From Camelus ferus (lineage: Eukaryota), in assembly GCF_009834535.1 (NCBI RefSeq), contig NC_045696.1, forward strand, positions 36,644,001-36,708,000: a stretch of DNA of 64,000 nt. The letters are read 5' to 3'. Made by a program: the position numbers and the translations under genes. Below the pieces are notes generated by a model. That model was not told the DNA's origin. It ran no database searches and saw only the letters and a list, made by a program, of their open reading frames with translations. Below, piece by piece: positions 25,570 to 38,855 of the stretch (positions are counted from its first letter, which is position 1; each line of letters begins with the position of its first letter).

Positions 25570-26525
25570 TACTTTTACTGATCCTGCATGTTTCTTCAAC
25601 TGCCACTTCATTTCACTCCTTCACAGAGAAACTAAAAAGGCTCACTTATACTCCCTGTCTCCTACTCCTCTCTCCTCATTCTACCCTAACCAGTAGTGAA
25701 TGCCCATCACTCCAATGATACTGTTCTCATCAAAGCCACCATTGGTCGTGTTGCTAAATCAAATGTCCAATCCTCTCTCCTCATATTAGTTACCCAACCA
25801 GAAGCATTTGAGAGGACATTTTACCCTATCTTCCCTTAAATACTTTTTAAAAAGTGGTCTCCAGCATATTACAGTCTCCTGGCTTTCCTCCTTATGCCCA
25901 GCTGTTCCTTCTTAATCTACATGTCTTGTTCTTCCTTATCTCATAGACATATTATTCATGCATGGTCCTAGAGATGAGAATTTGGACTATATCTTTCCTA
26001 TTTCTACATTCAATTCCATATCTAGATACCACCTGTTTACAAATAACTTCCCAAATTTTTATCTCTACCTCTGACCTCTTGGTTCAGATCTGGACTTATA
26101 CACCCAATAGCCATCTCAACATCTTCCTCTGTACATCTAACATGTGCTTCAATATTAACATATCCCAAGCCAGCCTTTGATCTCACCCTGCCCCAGCCTA
26201 TTCCTCTTAATTCTTTACCTAGTCAGTTAACAGCAACTCCATTTTTCCAATCACTTAGGCCAAATGTCTAGGAGACATCCTTGGCTCCTCTCCATTTCCT
26301 ACACCAAGCATCCACTATATCAGGAAATACAGTAATGTCAATCTTAAAAATTTGTGTAGGATCTGCTTACATCTCACCACGTTGCTATCACATCACACTG
26401 TTATCCCAGTCCACATTATGGTAAGAGCTTCCTAATTGGTCTTACTCCTTCTGCTCTTCACTTTTCCTATAGTAGTCTAAACTCAACATTCAGAAGGATC
26501 TTTTTGAAATGTAAACCATGTCATA
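25570..26525 (+). mobile_element. L2 ORF-region fragment (also present upstream at ~24660-24890)
   Basis: gttgctaaatcaaatg, cttcccaaatttttatctctacctctgacctct, aacagcaactccatttttcca..., typical of L2. Confidence 0.75.
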
Positions 26526-26529
26526 TCAT

Positions 26530-26975
26530 ATAAAAGTTCTATGAACATTCATGCACAAGTCTTTAGATATATGCTTTTATTTATCTTGGATAAATGTCTA
26601 GGAGTGAACTGCCTAGGTCACATCTGTTTGTTTAGGTCACATAACTATATGTTTAATTTTTAGAGAAACTGCCAAAAAACTCTTTTCTAAAATATGTGTA
26701 CCATTTTACATTCCCACCAGCTGTGTATGAGAACTATAGTTCCTTCACATCAAAACCTGTAGTGACAGAAAGCACATCAGTGATTGCTTGATGGGAGGAA
26801 AAGGGATAGAGCTGAGATGGGAAGGGAGGGTGGATTATAGTAACACCAGGAAATTTGGGGGGATGATGGATATGTACATTTTCTTGACTCTAGTGATAGT
26901 TTCACAGGTATACACATGTCTCAAAATGTATTAAACTGTATGCTTTAAATATATAGTTTATTGACTACAAATTAG
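26530..26975. mobile_element. L1M fragments (minus ~26530-26750; plus 3' end ~26755-26975)
   Basis: tatgaacattcatgcacaagtcttt...ccattttacattcccaccagc, and tagtgacagaaagcacatcagtg...tgctttaaatatatag. Confidence 0.7.
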
Positions 26976-27009
26976 AACTCATCATGTAGTTGTGGTTACA
27001 GAAATAATA

Positions 27010-27110
27010 ATAATGTTTCATCTAGAGATCCTGAGAATTAAATGAGGTAATACATGTACTAAGCACAGGCTTGGCTTATGATAAGTGTTCAATAAATGGT
27101 GACTATTATA
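27010..27110 (+). mobile_element. MIR 3' fragment
   Basis: gagaattaaatgaggtaatacatgta...taagtgttcaataaatgg. Confidence 0.7.
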
Positions 27111-28373
27111 ACTTTATTATTGGTAATAAAAGAACTAATTTTGCACTTGCTGCTCTATAGACGTACAGCATTAATTCAGAATAGGAGAGAAAAATCATCT
27201 TTTTCCAAGTATAGTTGGCATAGCTGTACTTTTAGGAAAAAATGTTTAACATTTCTTAAAATATATGGATTTCTAAAATATTTCCTCCAATGTGAAACAT
27301 GTTTAACCCACTAAAAGAACCCCACAAAATTAGAATAAATTTTACAAAACATGATGAGTGTGGCTATAACTCTCTTGCTCAGTCCTCTAATCTGACTCAT
27401 AGATTCGAATCATGGGACATGAGCCAGGGTCTCATTCAATGGCCATAGAACAGAGTGAAACTGTGAGTGGTCAGCTTTGGTCTTCCTTAATAGGAAGCTT
27501 TGTACTGAATCAGTGCAGGTTCATTTAATAATACACAAAAACCCCACTATTTTCTTCACCAGTGCCCTTCTCTTACTGCTCTGTTGCTAGAATTCACTGT
27601 TATCCCACGATTCAGAAGACTCTATGGTTAAACTGTTGTCTGGTGCTTTGGATTTCCATTTCAAGGAAATACATTTTTGGCCTCTGTGTTTGCTCTGTTG
27701 CCCCATTTATTAGAATATGCTTCATTTAAGGAAAAAAAATTAAACAGAAAAAAAGCAAGAGCAACAAAAACCTGGATATGACTTTTTGACACTTTCCTCA
27801 GCAGCTGGACAAGATAATACCACTTTTAATTAAAATAAATGTGTTAAAAATAATCAAGATTGCTCTGATGCAGTAGTGAAAAAATACAATTAGACTTCAC
27901 ATGATAGATATAGAACTAGAACATGATTAAGGATGTTGATTTTCAAGAGGAAAAGTGTTACTTTTTTCTTTAAACTTGACATTCCAATTTTTTACGTTTA
28001 GTTATTTAGTTCAATTTCTTTCACCTCCTTTTTGAGTTTGTAAATAAAACAAGGAAGGCTTATACATAGCACACAGACCTTAACTGACTACAATAATGAC
28101 TACTGAATATATTGAGAACCTTTGCTGTAGTGGTTTCGTAAGGACATTTTATTTCTGTAAGAGAACAATATTTTGTTGTGAAGAAAACTTGACTCACAAT
28201 ATTAATAGTATTTTAGATGCTAAATATGAAGGAAATTTTTTGTAGGGGATGTCTGCCTATTGTTGGAGTAGGTTTGGCTAATCTTTAAGTCTAGCCAAAT
28301 TCCTTTCTAATTTAACCATTCTGTGGATATATATTTTACCTAGCACAGTTTATTGTTGTTTTTAATTCTCCAG

Positions 28374-28471
28374 ACATTCACAGGGTGATCTGTAGCCGCT
28401 AACTGAAAGAGCTTTTGGCTGCTAGAGCCAGAATGATAAAACTTCAGCTTATTCTGTTTAGTTACCAAGAG
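28374..28471 (+). other. Candidate spliced exon (98 nt; stops in all three frames, so non-coding or 5'UTR)
   Basis: Pyrimidine-rich acceptor ttgttgtttttaattctccag| and consensus donor AG|gtaagt in non-repeat sequence. No transcript evidence. Confidence 0.35.
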
Positions 28472-28607
28472 GTAAGTCTAGTTAACATCACTCAAAGCCA
28501 TAGAGAGAAGATAGAAGAGCATGGTTATCACACAGAAAACACAAATCCAAGCTTCCTTATCTGGAACATTTGACACGTTTTCTCAAATATTATAAATATA
28601 AACTTAC

Positions 28608-28699
28608 CTCAATAGCTGGTGGGTCAGTGAACCTGTATATCCCTGTGGTGAAGTCATGAGTGCTGATTGGCAGGACACAAGTGGCAGGGCACTGAGAAG
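28608..28699 (-). other. Candidate spliced exon (92 nt)
   Basis: Minus-strand acceptor ccccctctctactcaacatacag| and donor AG|gtaagt. Two frames are open but I recognise no protein. Confidence 0.3.
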
Positions 28700-29806
28700 C
28701 TGTATGTTGAGTAGAGAGGGGGCACAGTGTATGAACTGTGTTTCTTAACAGTGCAGTTTGCCTTTGATGCTTCAATGCTTCAACCAAGTGGAAAGACGAT
28801 GCCAGATATCGCTATTAAAAAAAAGTGTTTAGCGTTCCCTGACATAATAGCCTTTCACACTGGCTGTGCTTGAAGAGATGCCCAATGTGGTGAAAGTGGT
28901 TGGCCAGAGGAGGTAATAAGCAATCTTTATTGACCTATTTGAGATCGACAGAGTGAATGTAAGTGATGGGTTCTTAACTACCTGGTACGATTTGCATTCA
29001 GCATAGGACTAAGAGAGGCATAGAGAATTATAGTTCAAGGAAAGATATTTTGTTGTGCAGTAATTCCATGTGCAAATTTTACCTAATAATTTCTAGTGGA
29101 CAATACTGAGGGATCAAATGGCAAATATCTTTTAATGAATTTGCACTTACAGTATTGTTATTAAAGTTATCTTTGCTTTTGGAAAAATAGCTAAGCAAAT
29201 TTTAGGTTAATCTCCTTAATACATGCACGTTCAAGGGAAAAAATACAAGCAAACAAAGGCTAACAGAGTCCACACATTTTTTGGTGTCTCCCTTAGGCTG
29301 TAATGTCTTTGGGAGCAGGAAGTGCACGCGATGAACAGACCTTTGGTGTCCTTTATTACTTCTGCCTCCCAGGCTTTTCATATGCTTCTTGTTTAGCCGC
29401 TCTCAAAGTGGTGATGATTCTTGGTGACATTCAGATTACTTTCAGGTATTTTATAGTCTCTATTCATTTGGACAATGATGTTAATTTTAATTTTGAGGGG
29501 TGGGTGGGTGGGTGGAGAGAGGGTCTATAATTTTCCAAAGAGGAAAAAAAACCCCAGATTCTATTGTTTTAAAATCAGATTTTAACTTCTAGTTCTGTCA
29601 TGAAGTAGAGACATTTTTTGTGCAGAGTGTTGTTTTCCAGTTCTTCTAGACCATAAGGTACCATGAGGGAAGGGACTAGCTCATTTCATCATTGTATTCC
29701 CAGAGCCTGGTGCAGAAACTGTCAGTCTACACTTACTGATTGGAAGAAAAGAAGGATGCTAGTAGTTTTACTATTGGTTTCTAAAATAAGTTGACTACAT
29801 TTCCTT

Positions 29807-30680
29807 TTTTTCCCCCTTTTAAATTGAAGTGTACTTAATTTACAATGTCATGTTACTTTCAGGGGTACAGAAAAGTGATTCGGTTTTATATACATACATT
29901 CTTTTTCAGATTCTTTTCCATTATATTATTATAAGATGTTGAATAAGTTCCCTGTGCTATACAGTAGGTCCTTGTTGTTTATCTATTTTATATATAGTAG
30001 TGTGTATCTGTTAATCCCAAACTCCTAATTTATCCCTATCCCCCACCTTCCTCTTTGGTAACCCTAAGTTTGTATTCTATGTCTATGAGTCTATTTCTGT
30101 TTTGTAAGTAAATTCATTTCTATTATTTTTCTAGATTCTACATGTAAGTGGTATCACATGATATTTGTCTTTCTCTGACTTACTGCACTTAGTATGATAA
30201 TCTCTAGGTCCATCCATGTTGCTGCAAGTGACATTATTTCATTCCTTTTTATAGTTGAGTAATAATATTCCATTGTATAAATATACCTTCTTTATCCATT
30301 CATCTGTTGATGGACTATTAGGTTGCTTCCATGTCTCAGCTATTGTAAACAGTGCTGCTGTGAACACTGGGGTGCATGTATATTTTTGAATTAGAGTTTT
30401 CTCCTTATATATGCCGAGGAGTGGTATTGCTGGATCATATAGTAACTCCATTTTTAGTTTTTAAAGAAACCCCCATACTGTTCTCCATAACCAATTTACA
30501 TTACCACCAACAGCATAGGAAGGTTCCCTTTCCTCCACACCCTTTCCAGCATTTACTATTTGTAGACTTTTGAATGATGGCCAATCTGACTGGTGTGATG
30601 TGATACTCCACTGTAGTTTTGATTTGCATTTCTCTAATAACTGGCGATGTTGAACATCTTTTCATGTGCCTGTTGGCCAC
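29807..30680 (-). mobile_element. 5'-truncated cetartiodactyl-type L1 (ORF2 end plus 3'UTR) with probable TSD
   Basis: ORF 30239-30451 (MELLYDPAIPLLGIY...FTAALFTIAETWKQP) is the L1 ORF2 C-terminus. Flanks are acatttcctt (29797-29806) and acattttctt (30681-30690). Confidence 0.92.
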
Positions 30681-31299
30681 ACATTTTCTTAAGTGACTTA
30701 CAGGTCATAAATTTGAGAACTGCATTCTACTTTTTGTGAAAAGTATAAATAATATGTGTGAGGGACAAGTCTTCGGACAGGATAATTCTGTCTGTCTTTC
30801 CCCCAGTATTCACTGATAAAAAACAGTGTGGTAGACCTAAGTGCTGATCACCATGTAATGTGCTTTGGCCAGTGATAAGTCAACAAAAGTGACATGTATC
30901 ACATCTCATGAAATTGTCTGCTTCTCTCCTTTCCCTCTGTCATGGTATCCAGTGATGTTCTATATGATGGAGCCTAGGTCTCTAAATGAGAATAACATTG
31001 AGCTGTTGTTACTCTATGCAACACAGGAGCAACCAATCATAGAAAATTTGCAAGGAATAATTCTTTTTATTTGAGGTCACTGAACTGTATTTTTTGTTAC
31101 AGATAGAATTAAGGTTCTAATCATTGCTCCCATTTGCCTTATTATTTTTCTGCATTTTTTCTTATTAATTTTGCAACGACATTTTTACATCTAATGCCCT
31201 AGGAGTTTTCCTGAGGCAAAGAAGAATTATTATAAAATACATTTTATGATTTCACAAAAAATGCATGCTTATTGACCAAAAAATTAAATTAAATAAATT

Positions 31300-31440
31300 T
31301 TATTTATTTATTGAGGAGAAAGAAGTAATTAGGTTTTTTTAAATTTTATTTTATTTATTTTAATGGAGGTACTGGGGATTGAACCCAGGACCTTGTGCAT
31401 GCTGGGCACACACCCTACCACTGAACTATGCCCTCCCCCC
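31300..31440 (-). mobile_element. Camelid tRNA-derived SINE (Vic-1-like)
   Basis: Minus strand reads ggggggagggcatagttcagtggtagggtgtgtgcccagcatgcacaaggtcctgggttcaatccccagtacctcc, then an A-rich tail containing cctaattac. A and B boxes are visible. Confidence 0.88.
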
Positions 31441-32399
31441 AAAATTGAAATAATTTTTTAGCACTACCCCCAAAGTTGTAATTCCAGTTTTCAAAGATAA
31501 CTACTCTTAAAAATTTGAACATTTATTTTTGAGACTTATTTATAAAAGCATTCTTAAATAACTTTTTATATGTATATGCCGACAAATTTTCCCACATAAA
31601 GTAGTTTTTAAAATACAAAATGGGTATCAGTGTAACAAATAGTCACCTATATTAAATTCTAACCTTAGGGACATTTTATTCTAACACATCAGGTTCCTGT
31701 ATGGAATGATAGCTATATCCTACTTTTAGGAAGATGATGTGGAATGGCATTCTGTTTTATTTTGTGACTTATTGCATTTTGTTTTTCTTGCAGTGGTATA
31801 TCCATAAAAACTTGTCCTTACAAAGCACTTCATATTTGTCAGGGTGCTCTTGCATTTTAACTCATTTAAGCCCCACAGCAGGTGCATGCAATAGATGCGG
31901 CCAGCACTTCCTCTGTTTCACACACATGAAGATGTGGTTTGGCAGGTCTGATAGCCGATGCTGAGGGAACCTACCTGAAAACCCAGTGCTCGTGTACTCA
32001 TTCTATTTGTCCTGACAGTGTAGGATTTCTCTTAAAAGAAGCTAATGATTTTCACTTGCCTCAGTAGAGAATGGAAAACAAAAAAATGGGATATTATCCA
32101 TTCTAACATTTTGCAAAGAAAGACACTCTTCATATATATATCCCTAATGTTCCAACTGAAAGCACAAGGAGAATGGACCTAAATCTCAGTACCGCTCACC
32201 AAGTGTGCCTCCCAGAACTTGAGTCACACACAAGCAGTTTAATGACTCTGAAAAAATAAAGAGTTATTCTACATGCCTCAAAGGCTATTGGAAGAGCACT
32301 GGATTGCTTCTTTTGGAAAGACATGTTTCTTTTCTAAATAGGTGTTTAAACCGCATCACCTTGGGAAATTCTTTTCTAAAGCGGTTTCAGAGTCATGGT

Positions 32400-32560
32400 T
32401 GAGGAAGAAGGTTCTGAAGTCATTCTGCCTAGGCATGAATTACAGACCCCTCATTTACTAACTACTTCACTTTAGGCAAGCTATATAACCTGTCTGTAAC
32501 TATAGGTATAATAACTGAACTCATCCCATAGAGTTGTGAGAAGTAGAGACTGAAAGACTG
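32400..32560 (+). mobile_element. MIR fragment
   Basis: ctgcctaggcatgaat...ttaggcaagctatataacc...ctcatcccatagagttgtgag. Confidence 0.55.
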
Positions 32561-35404
32561 GCAGCCAGGATAGAGGGACATATATTCACATCATGTAATG
32601 AGAGAGACCCGTAAAGTGCACATTTTGAGATTCTAAAGCTTATTCTGACTGTCAGAGTACTGTCTTTTTTTGAGATGGTATTTAAGAATGAATTATCCTG
32701 GCTAGAGAAATAATAGAAGAATGTTAGATTCTGATGAGTTGTTCTAATGGCTACTTTAGGCAAGGCCAATCCTTAGTGTAAAAATATGCATTCATATTTT
32801 CAAGTATCCAGGGAAGAGTTTAATCCCAGGGCAGAAATGTGGAACATGAGTAACAAGATTTAGACTAGCATAATGGGGGAAACTGTTTCCCTTTTTCAGG
32901 GCTCAGGTAGTTGGGGCTTAGATCCCAAGGGGAGGGAGACATGCTTCTGTGCACTTACCCTAGGAAAGTACACATGATGACAGAGCAGGTCACAGGGGGA
33001 GTGCCACACAGGAAGAAAGGACAAATGAAGGGGCTTAAGACTGTGGACCTGAGGATGCCAGATTTAGGGTTCAGGTTTAAATCCTCAGGTTTGTAATTCC
33101 TTTGTGTTGTTTCCAAACTTCTGGAAAATCCTTACAAATGTTGTAACCTGGTCACCTGTCACCATGGAGAATAAAAGGAAGGTTGGTGCCAATGTGAAGG
33201 ACCATGTGGTCCAGGGAAAGTAGCATTGATTTATGAGTCCTCAGTCTCAAGAAAATAGAAGGTGGACTGTGGAAGAGGTGGTGGTGATCACAAGCCTGAC
33301 CCCTGGCTAAGGTGGTTTGTAAAAAACAGAGTGAATCTGAGGAACACGTAAGTATCCCCTACATATCCTCACCAACACTTGAAGATTGGAATCTGGTAGA
33401 GAGTATTAAGTCTGAAGATCTTAAGATTTCAAAAAGTTGAAGATTAACCAATCATGATTTGAACATTAAGGGGAAATGTGAGCTTATAACTTGGTGAAGT
33501 CTGAAATGTTTGTTTAATACCACTATCACCACCACTACCACCACCACCGCCATCCTCCTCAGTATAAACTGGACTCACAAACCGGTAATAAAAAATAAAA
33601 TTTTATTTCATATTAAATTATTTCAGTACAAGCAGCAGAATAATTGACAGAAATTGCACCCCCTCCAAAACTGTCCTAGCTGCTTTTCTGATTTTTTTCC
33701 AGGTTTCCGATGCTCATGACTTCCTCAGTTTCTCTGCTCCAGCCTCCTCGTCTGGCCCTGCTTGTTGCCTCTTCTGCCTCTGCTCCTGCTACCCCATTGG
33801 CACGGTCATCCCCCAAAGGTGAGTACCACTGCCACTGCCTCTGGCTTCTGGAAGGAAAAAAAACATTTCTTTTTATCCCCCAGAGCTCGAGCAAGACCAG
33901 GATGTAACTTTTTATAAGACATTACTGCATGTTACAAGTACAAATTTAAGCTGCTATTTACTTGTATTTATTACTCTTAGAGCCCTCAGACTCAAGAGTC
34001 AAAATCTGAATCCTTGCTTCACCTCAAGTACGTCTCCAGATAGCAGAAGCTCACCCTTGCCCCACACCAATGAGATTCTTCAAACCATCACCACATCTCA
34101 ACTTTCTGGGTCTCATCCCTGTCCTTAGCCTCTGCACTCCTGTCCTCCCAACTCAAGAGAAAATAAATGTTCTTTCCTGCCATACCTTGCCTTATGTCCT
34201 GTCTTAGGCTTAAACATGTTCTAACATGATCGACATTGATAACGTCCACTCCCTTAGACGGTAAGTTCCTGTTGCAGCACCAGGCACACAGCTACAGCAG
34301 AGCATCACAGTATTTGGTGGTAGGTTTCCAACAGTCTGACTTATTAAATCGTAAACAGCATTCTGTGGAGGATACCTAGTGTCCAGGACTGGGTGCTGCA
34401 TCCAGTCAAGTTCCTTCTCAGAGTCTGTTCTCCAATGTGAAATAGAGAGGGGATTAGTTCTGCCTGCCCACTTCATCAGTAAGCTGGTCTCAGGAAAAAG
34501 CCAAAGATGTGCACTGAAAACCAAATGTTGTTTCTCTCATTCTTTTGTGGTTTAGTGTTGTGAGCACTACTAAACTTTAGTGTAAATTTTCACTAAAGAA
34601 TCTTCATAACCTACAGGACTCTCCAAGTGGTCCTTCTTAGTATAAAGAAAAGTCTGCTCTAAAGACAAATGCCAATTTCCACCTAAAAATATGTCAGTTA
34701 CTACCAGTCTCTAAAATGGTAAATTTCTTCTTTGAAATGTTAAGATTAGCCAGACTCTGCCAGGTGGGTTTGATTCCAATATGTCCAATAATAATAACTG
34801 GTTTCTACATAGTACATTGGCCAATTTCTATTCCTATGGGATTAAAAAAATGTGCAAAGATTACTCTTCTATGGTGTTCCATAGTTAGAATAAAAATACT
34901 TTCTTGATTCATTTATTTATGTATTCTTTGGGAGACCTAGACAGACTTAATTTATGTTATGTTAAAATAGATTTCTGTAAGGCATACTTAAATACCCTTG
35001 GTCTCTACAAGGATTCTATTACATAGAAGTTCAGAAATACTAAAAATAATTCATTGAAAGTGCCTCCCCCAAACCTGGAATGGGAACTTCTATTTCTGTC
35101 TCATCAACTTTAGCTAATGACTCTAAATTCGTGTAATTAAGGGGTCAGTCTTGATTCTGGCCTAAATTGGCTTCCTTGTTGCATTGCCCCAGTTCTGATA
35201 ATTAGTTTTGTTGTGTCTTTTCAATCTTGTCTCACAATATTCTGGGCTGGGATGTCTTCTTTCAGAGTCCTTAATACTGCTGGCAGAAATTCCTGAGTCT
35301 TTTCATTTGCAAATGTTCAAAGTGCACTTTATGAAAGTTCTGTGAATATATTTGAAAAGTCTGTTTTGTTCCAGTGTGCACTGATAAGTGGCTATGTATA
35401 GCAT

Positions 35405-35577
35405 TGAAAGTGCCTACTTTGAAGCCAAGTTACCTAGGTTTGTATCCTGACTCTGCCTCTTACAAGCTATGTGACCTTGCAAAGTTACTTAATGGTTTTA
35501 TGCCTCAGTTTCCTTATCTGTAAAATGGTGATAATAATAGCATCTACCTGATAGGGGTATTATGAGGGTTAAAAAGG

Positions 35578-35580
<3 letters not shown>
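35405..35580 (+). mobile_element. MIR
   Basis: cctaggtttgtatcctgactctgcctcttacaagctatgtgaccttg...gcctcagtttccttatctgtaaaatgg is the MIR core. Confidence 0.88.

Positions 35581-35581
<1 letters not shown>

Positions 35582-35610
<29 letters not shown>
35582..35610. repeat. (GT)n microsatellite
   Basis: Directly visible. Confidence 0.95.
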
Positions 35611-35613
<3 letters not shown>

Positions 35614-36494
35614 AAAACATTTTATGCATTAAATAGATGTTACTATTTAAAATTTTGATTACAAATGGTTTCCAAATATACTTGAAAAAAATATTGGTCA
35701 TCTGCTCTGTTTCTGCAAGCCACTTCAGCACTCTGTCTTTAATTTAGATATTCTGTCCTGCATCTTTGCATTATGTGCCATGACTGGTGTTCTATTCAGA
35801 GATGAGGGAAGGAACCCTAAACTAGGAAATGTCAGTTACAACCCAGAGCCTAAGTTGCAATCAGATCCCATTTGCATGACACTGTGATAGTATCAAACAT
35901 AGCTCCCTCCTCCACCCACAGGGGTGCAGCAGCTCCAAGGGAATGATCCCTTAATCACTTCATGTCCACTATCCTGTGGGCTGCAACTGCTCTCCACAGC
36001 CAGGAGCACTGCTCTTCACTAGTGAGTTCTAGCAATTCACTGATTTTGAACCCTTAATTATTTTTTGAAACACAGTAAAGTATAAAAAAATCAACATTGT
36101 GGCATAAAATATGGAAAAATTAAAGGTCTTTACATGAGTCTTCTATTTCAGACCACTCATGAAATCTGACATGTCTAACTTCCAGTAATTATGCTGTCAG
36201 TTCTAGACCACTGTTTCTAATTACAGTATTTGGCAGCTTTTCATCTCTTTGGCATTGACTAGATTATAAAAAAGATAAGGATAAAATCTAATCTCTAACT
36301 GATCATATTTCATGGGTTATCAGTTTTGGTACTCGGTGTTGAAGCAGAATCTTAGAAGGAGGGAGTATTGTACAAATGCTGTACCAATCTTAGGAGGGAA
36401 GCATTTTTGTGAGTATTACACTGATGACAGCAGTGTGTTGTCTCCTATAGAAATGGTGAGGGGTGGTATGTGTAATGAGTAAAGCCATTTACCT

Positions 36495-36720
36495 TCAAGC
36501 CAGACAGTCTGGATTCAGATCTGGCATTGTTGCATACTGGTTGTGTGGCTTTAGTCTTTTCACTTCTTTTCACTTCACTCTCTTTCCCAATTATTTTTTA
36601 GCTAAAAAATTGTATTAATAATACTATTTGTCATAGTATTATTGTGAGTACTAAGTAAGTTAATATGTATGACACTTAGAAGAGTGTCTGGCTGTGGTAA
36701 GTGCTGGGTAAGAGCTACTC
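36495..36720 (+). mobile_element. MIR (diverged)
   Basis: agccagacagtctggattcagatctggc...acacttagaagagtgtctggc...gtaagtgct. Confidence 0.7.
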
Positions 36721-36779
36721 TTATAATGATTTCCATCAAAGGTCAGTGTATCTGAGCTGACCTGTTCATATGGCACCTT

Positions 36780-37365
36780 AAGACAGTAATAGTCATCTTT
36801 AATTTCTTTCTTTCCCTTTATATCCACTTAGTTATTAAAGTTATTGATTTAAAAAAATCCTTCTGAAATTTTCATTCTGATGGACACTAAATTTTTTAGT
36901 CCCTTTTCATATTTTCATCGGACTATTGCACTAGCCTTCCATCTGATTTCCATGTCTTCAGACTTTCCCCACTTCACCACATCCTAAGCATCACTGCCAG
37001 ATCAATCTTCCTAAAAGTCAGATTGAGTCTATCATTGTTCAGCTTTGAGTCTTTAGTAGCGCTCTACTTCTCACAGTGTAAAATCCAGACCCTTAATCTT
37101 TATATCCAAGCTCCTTCAGTGTAGCCAGCCTCAACCTTGAAAAACCTTCAACTGTGCTATTCTGCTCAGTATTCCTACAGCATGTTTCCCTTTATATCTG
37201 TTGCAAGTTTACTCTTTCCTTTAGAATATTCTCTTTATTTCTTATCATTTGCATTTCAATGTTATGTGTGCCTACCATAATAAATTACATATGTTTTGAA
37301 GGAAAGGAGATATTGATGACAATTTTCCCACACAAGACTATGAATAAAGTAATTGCTCAATAAAT
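36780..37365 (+). mobile_element. L2 fragment (diverged)
   Basis: ggactattgcactagccttcc, cactgccagatcaatcttcctaaaa, aaaatccagaccctt; ends tgctcaataaat. Confidence 0.65.
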
Positions 37366-37549
37366 TTTCACCAGGTGAATACTACCCACCTTACATTTAG
37401 TGGTGTTTTCCTTCTTGGAGGAAGGTGGACTTTAAAATTTCCTTAAATGGCCACATGAGTTGGCTGGGGACTATTCCTTTGGGAACTACTCAAATCATTA
37501 TCCTATAATTTTTAAGTAACATCATTCTAAAGACAGCCAGTTTTTACAG

Positions 37550-38037
37550 TATATTTATAAAATGGAATATTACTCAGCCATAGAAAAGAATAAAATAATG
37601 CCATTTACAGCAACATGGATAGACCTAGAGATTGTCATTCTAAGGGAAGTAAACCAGAAAGAGAAAGAAAAATACCATATGATATCACTCATATGTGGAA
37701 TATATATAAAAAAAAAAGGACACTATGAACTCATCTACAAAACAGAAACAGACTCACAGACATAGTAATGATCTTATGGTTACCAGGGAATGGGGGTGGG
37801 AAGGGAGAAATTTAGAAGTTTGAGATTTACAAATGTTAGCCACTATATATATATAAAAATAGATTTTAAAAAAGTTTCTTCTGTATAGCACAGGGAACTA
37901 TGTTTAATATCTTGTGGTAATCTTCAATGAAAAAGAATATGAAAATGAATATATGTATGTATATGCATGACTGGGACATTGTGCTGTACACCAAAAATTG
38001 ATGCATTATAACTGACTGTACTTCAATTTAAAAAAAG
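37550..38037 (+). mobile_element. 5'-truncated lineage-specific L1 3' end
   Basis: aatggaatattactcagccatag...gacctagagattgtcattctaag...ctgtatagcacagggaacta...ctgactgtacttcaatttaaaaaaa. Related to the 13446-13780 copy. Confidence 0.92.
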
Positions 38038-38855
38038 ATATCAAATAACAAGTGTTGGCAAGGATGTGGAGAAAAGGGAATCCTTGTGCACTGTTGGTGG
38101 AATTGTAGATTGGTGCAGCCACTATGGAAAACAGTATGTAGTTTTCTTTAAAAATTAAAAACAGAAATGCCATATGATTCAGCAATTTCACTTCTGGGTA
38201 TTTTACATAAGAAAACAAAAATAGTAATTAAAGAAGATGCATGCACACAGTGTTCAATGTTCATTGCCTTATTTACAGTAGTCAGTGTATGGAATCAACC
38301 ATGTATCCATATCAAGTGTCCATTGATAGATGAATGGATAAAAAAGATGTGGTATAGATACAGATACAGACATAGATGAAGACATAGACATTCAGCCATA
38401 AAAAATGAAATCTTGTCCTTTGCAACAACTTGGATGGATGTAGAATATATTATGCTGAGTGAAATAAGTCAGACAGAGAAGATAAATATCATATGATCCC
38501 ACTTTATATGTGGCTTCTAACAAAACAAACAAACAAAACAAAATGAAAAAAAAGAGACTCATGGATACAGAGAACAAACTGGTGATTGCCAGAGGGGAGG
38601 AGGCTAGAGGGGCAAAATGTGTGAACGGGATTAAGAGGTACAAACTTCCAGTTATAAAATATATAAGCCATGGGGATGTAATATACAGCATAAAGAATGT
38701 GGTCAATAATATTTTAATAACTTTGTATGTGGACAGATGGTTTCTAGACTTGTGGTGATCATTTCAAAATGTGTGCAAATGTCAAGTCACTATGCAGTAA
38801 CCTGAGACTATCATAATATTGTACGTCACCAGTATTTCAATAATATTTTAAAAAT
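38038..38855 (+). mobile_element. Older L1 3' end (ORF2 end plus L1MA-type 3'UTR)
   Basis: aacaagtgttggcaaggatgtggagaaaaggga..., ORF 38167 (MPYDSAISLLGI...) and gagaacaaactggtgattgccagagggg. Confidence 0.9.

Noticed and set aside
31365..31440. tRNA-like sequence with A and B boxes
   Set aside because: It is a SINE head with an A-rich tail and lacks an intact acceptor stem, so it is not a tRNA gene.
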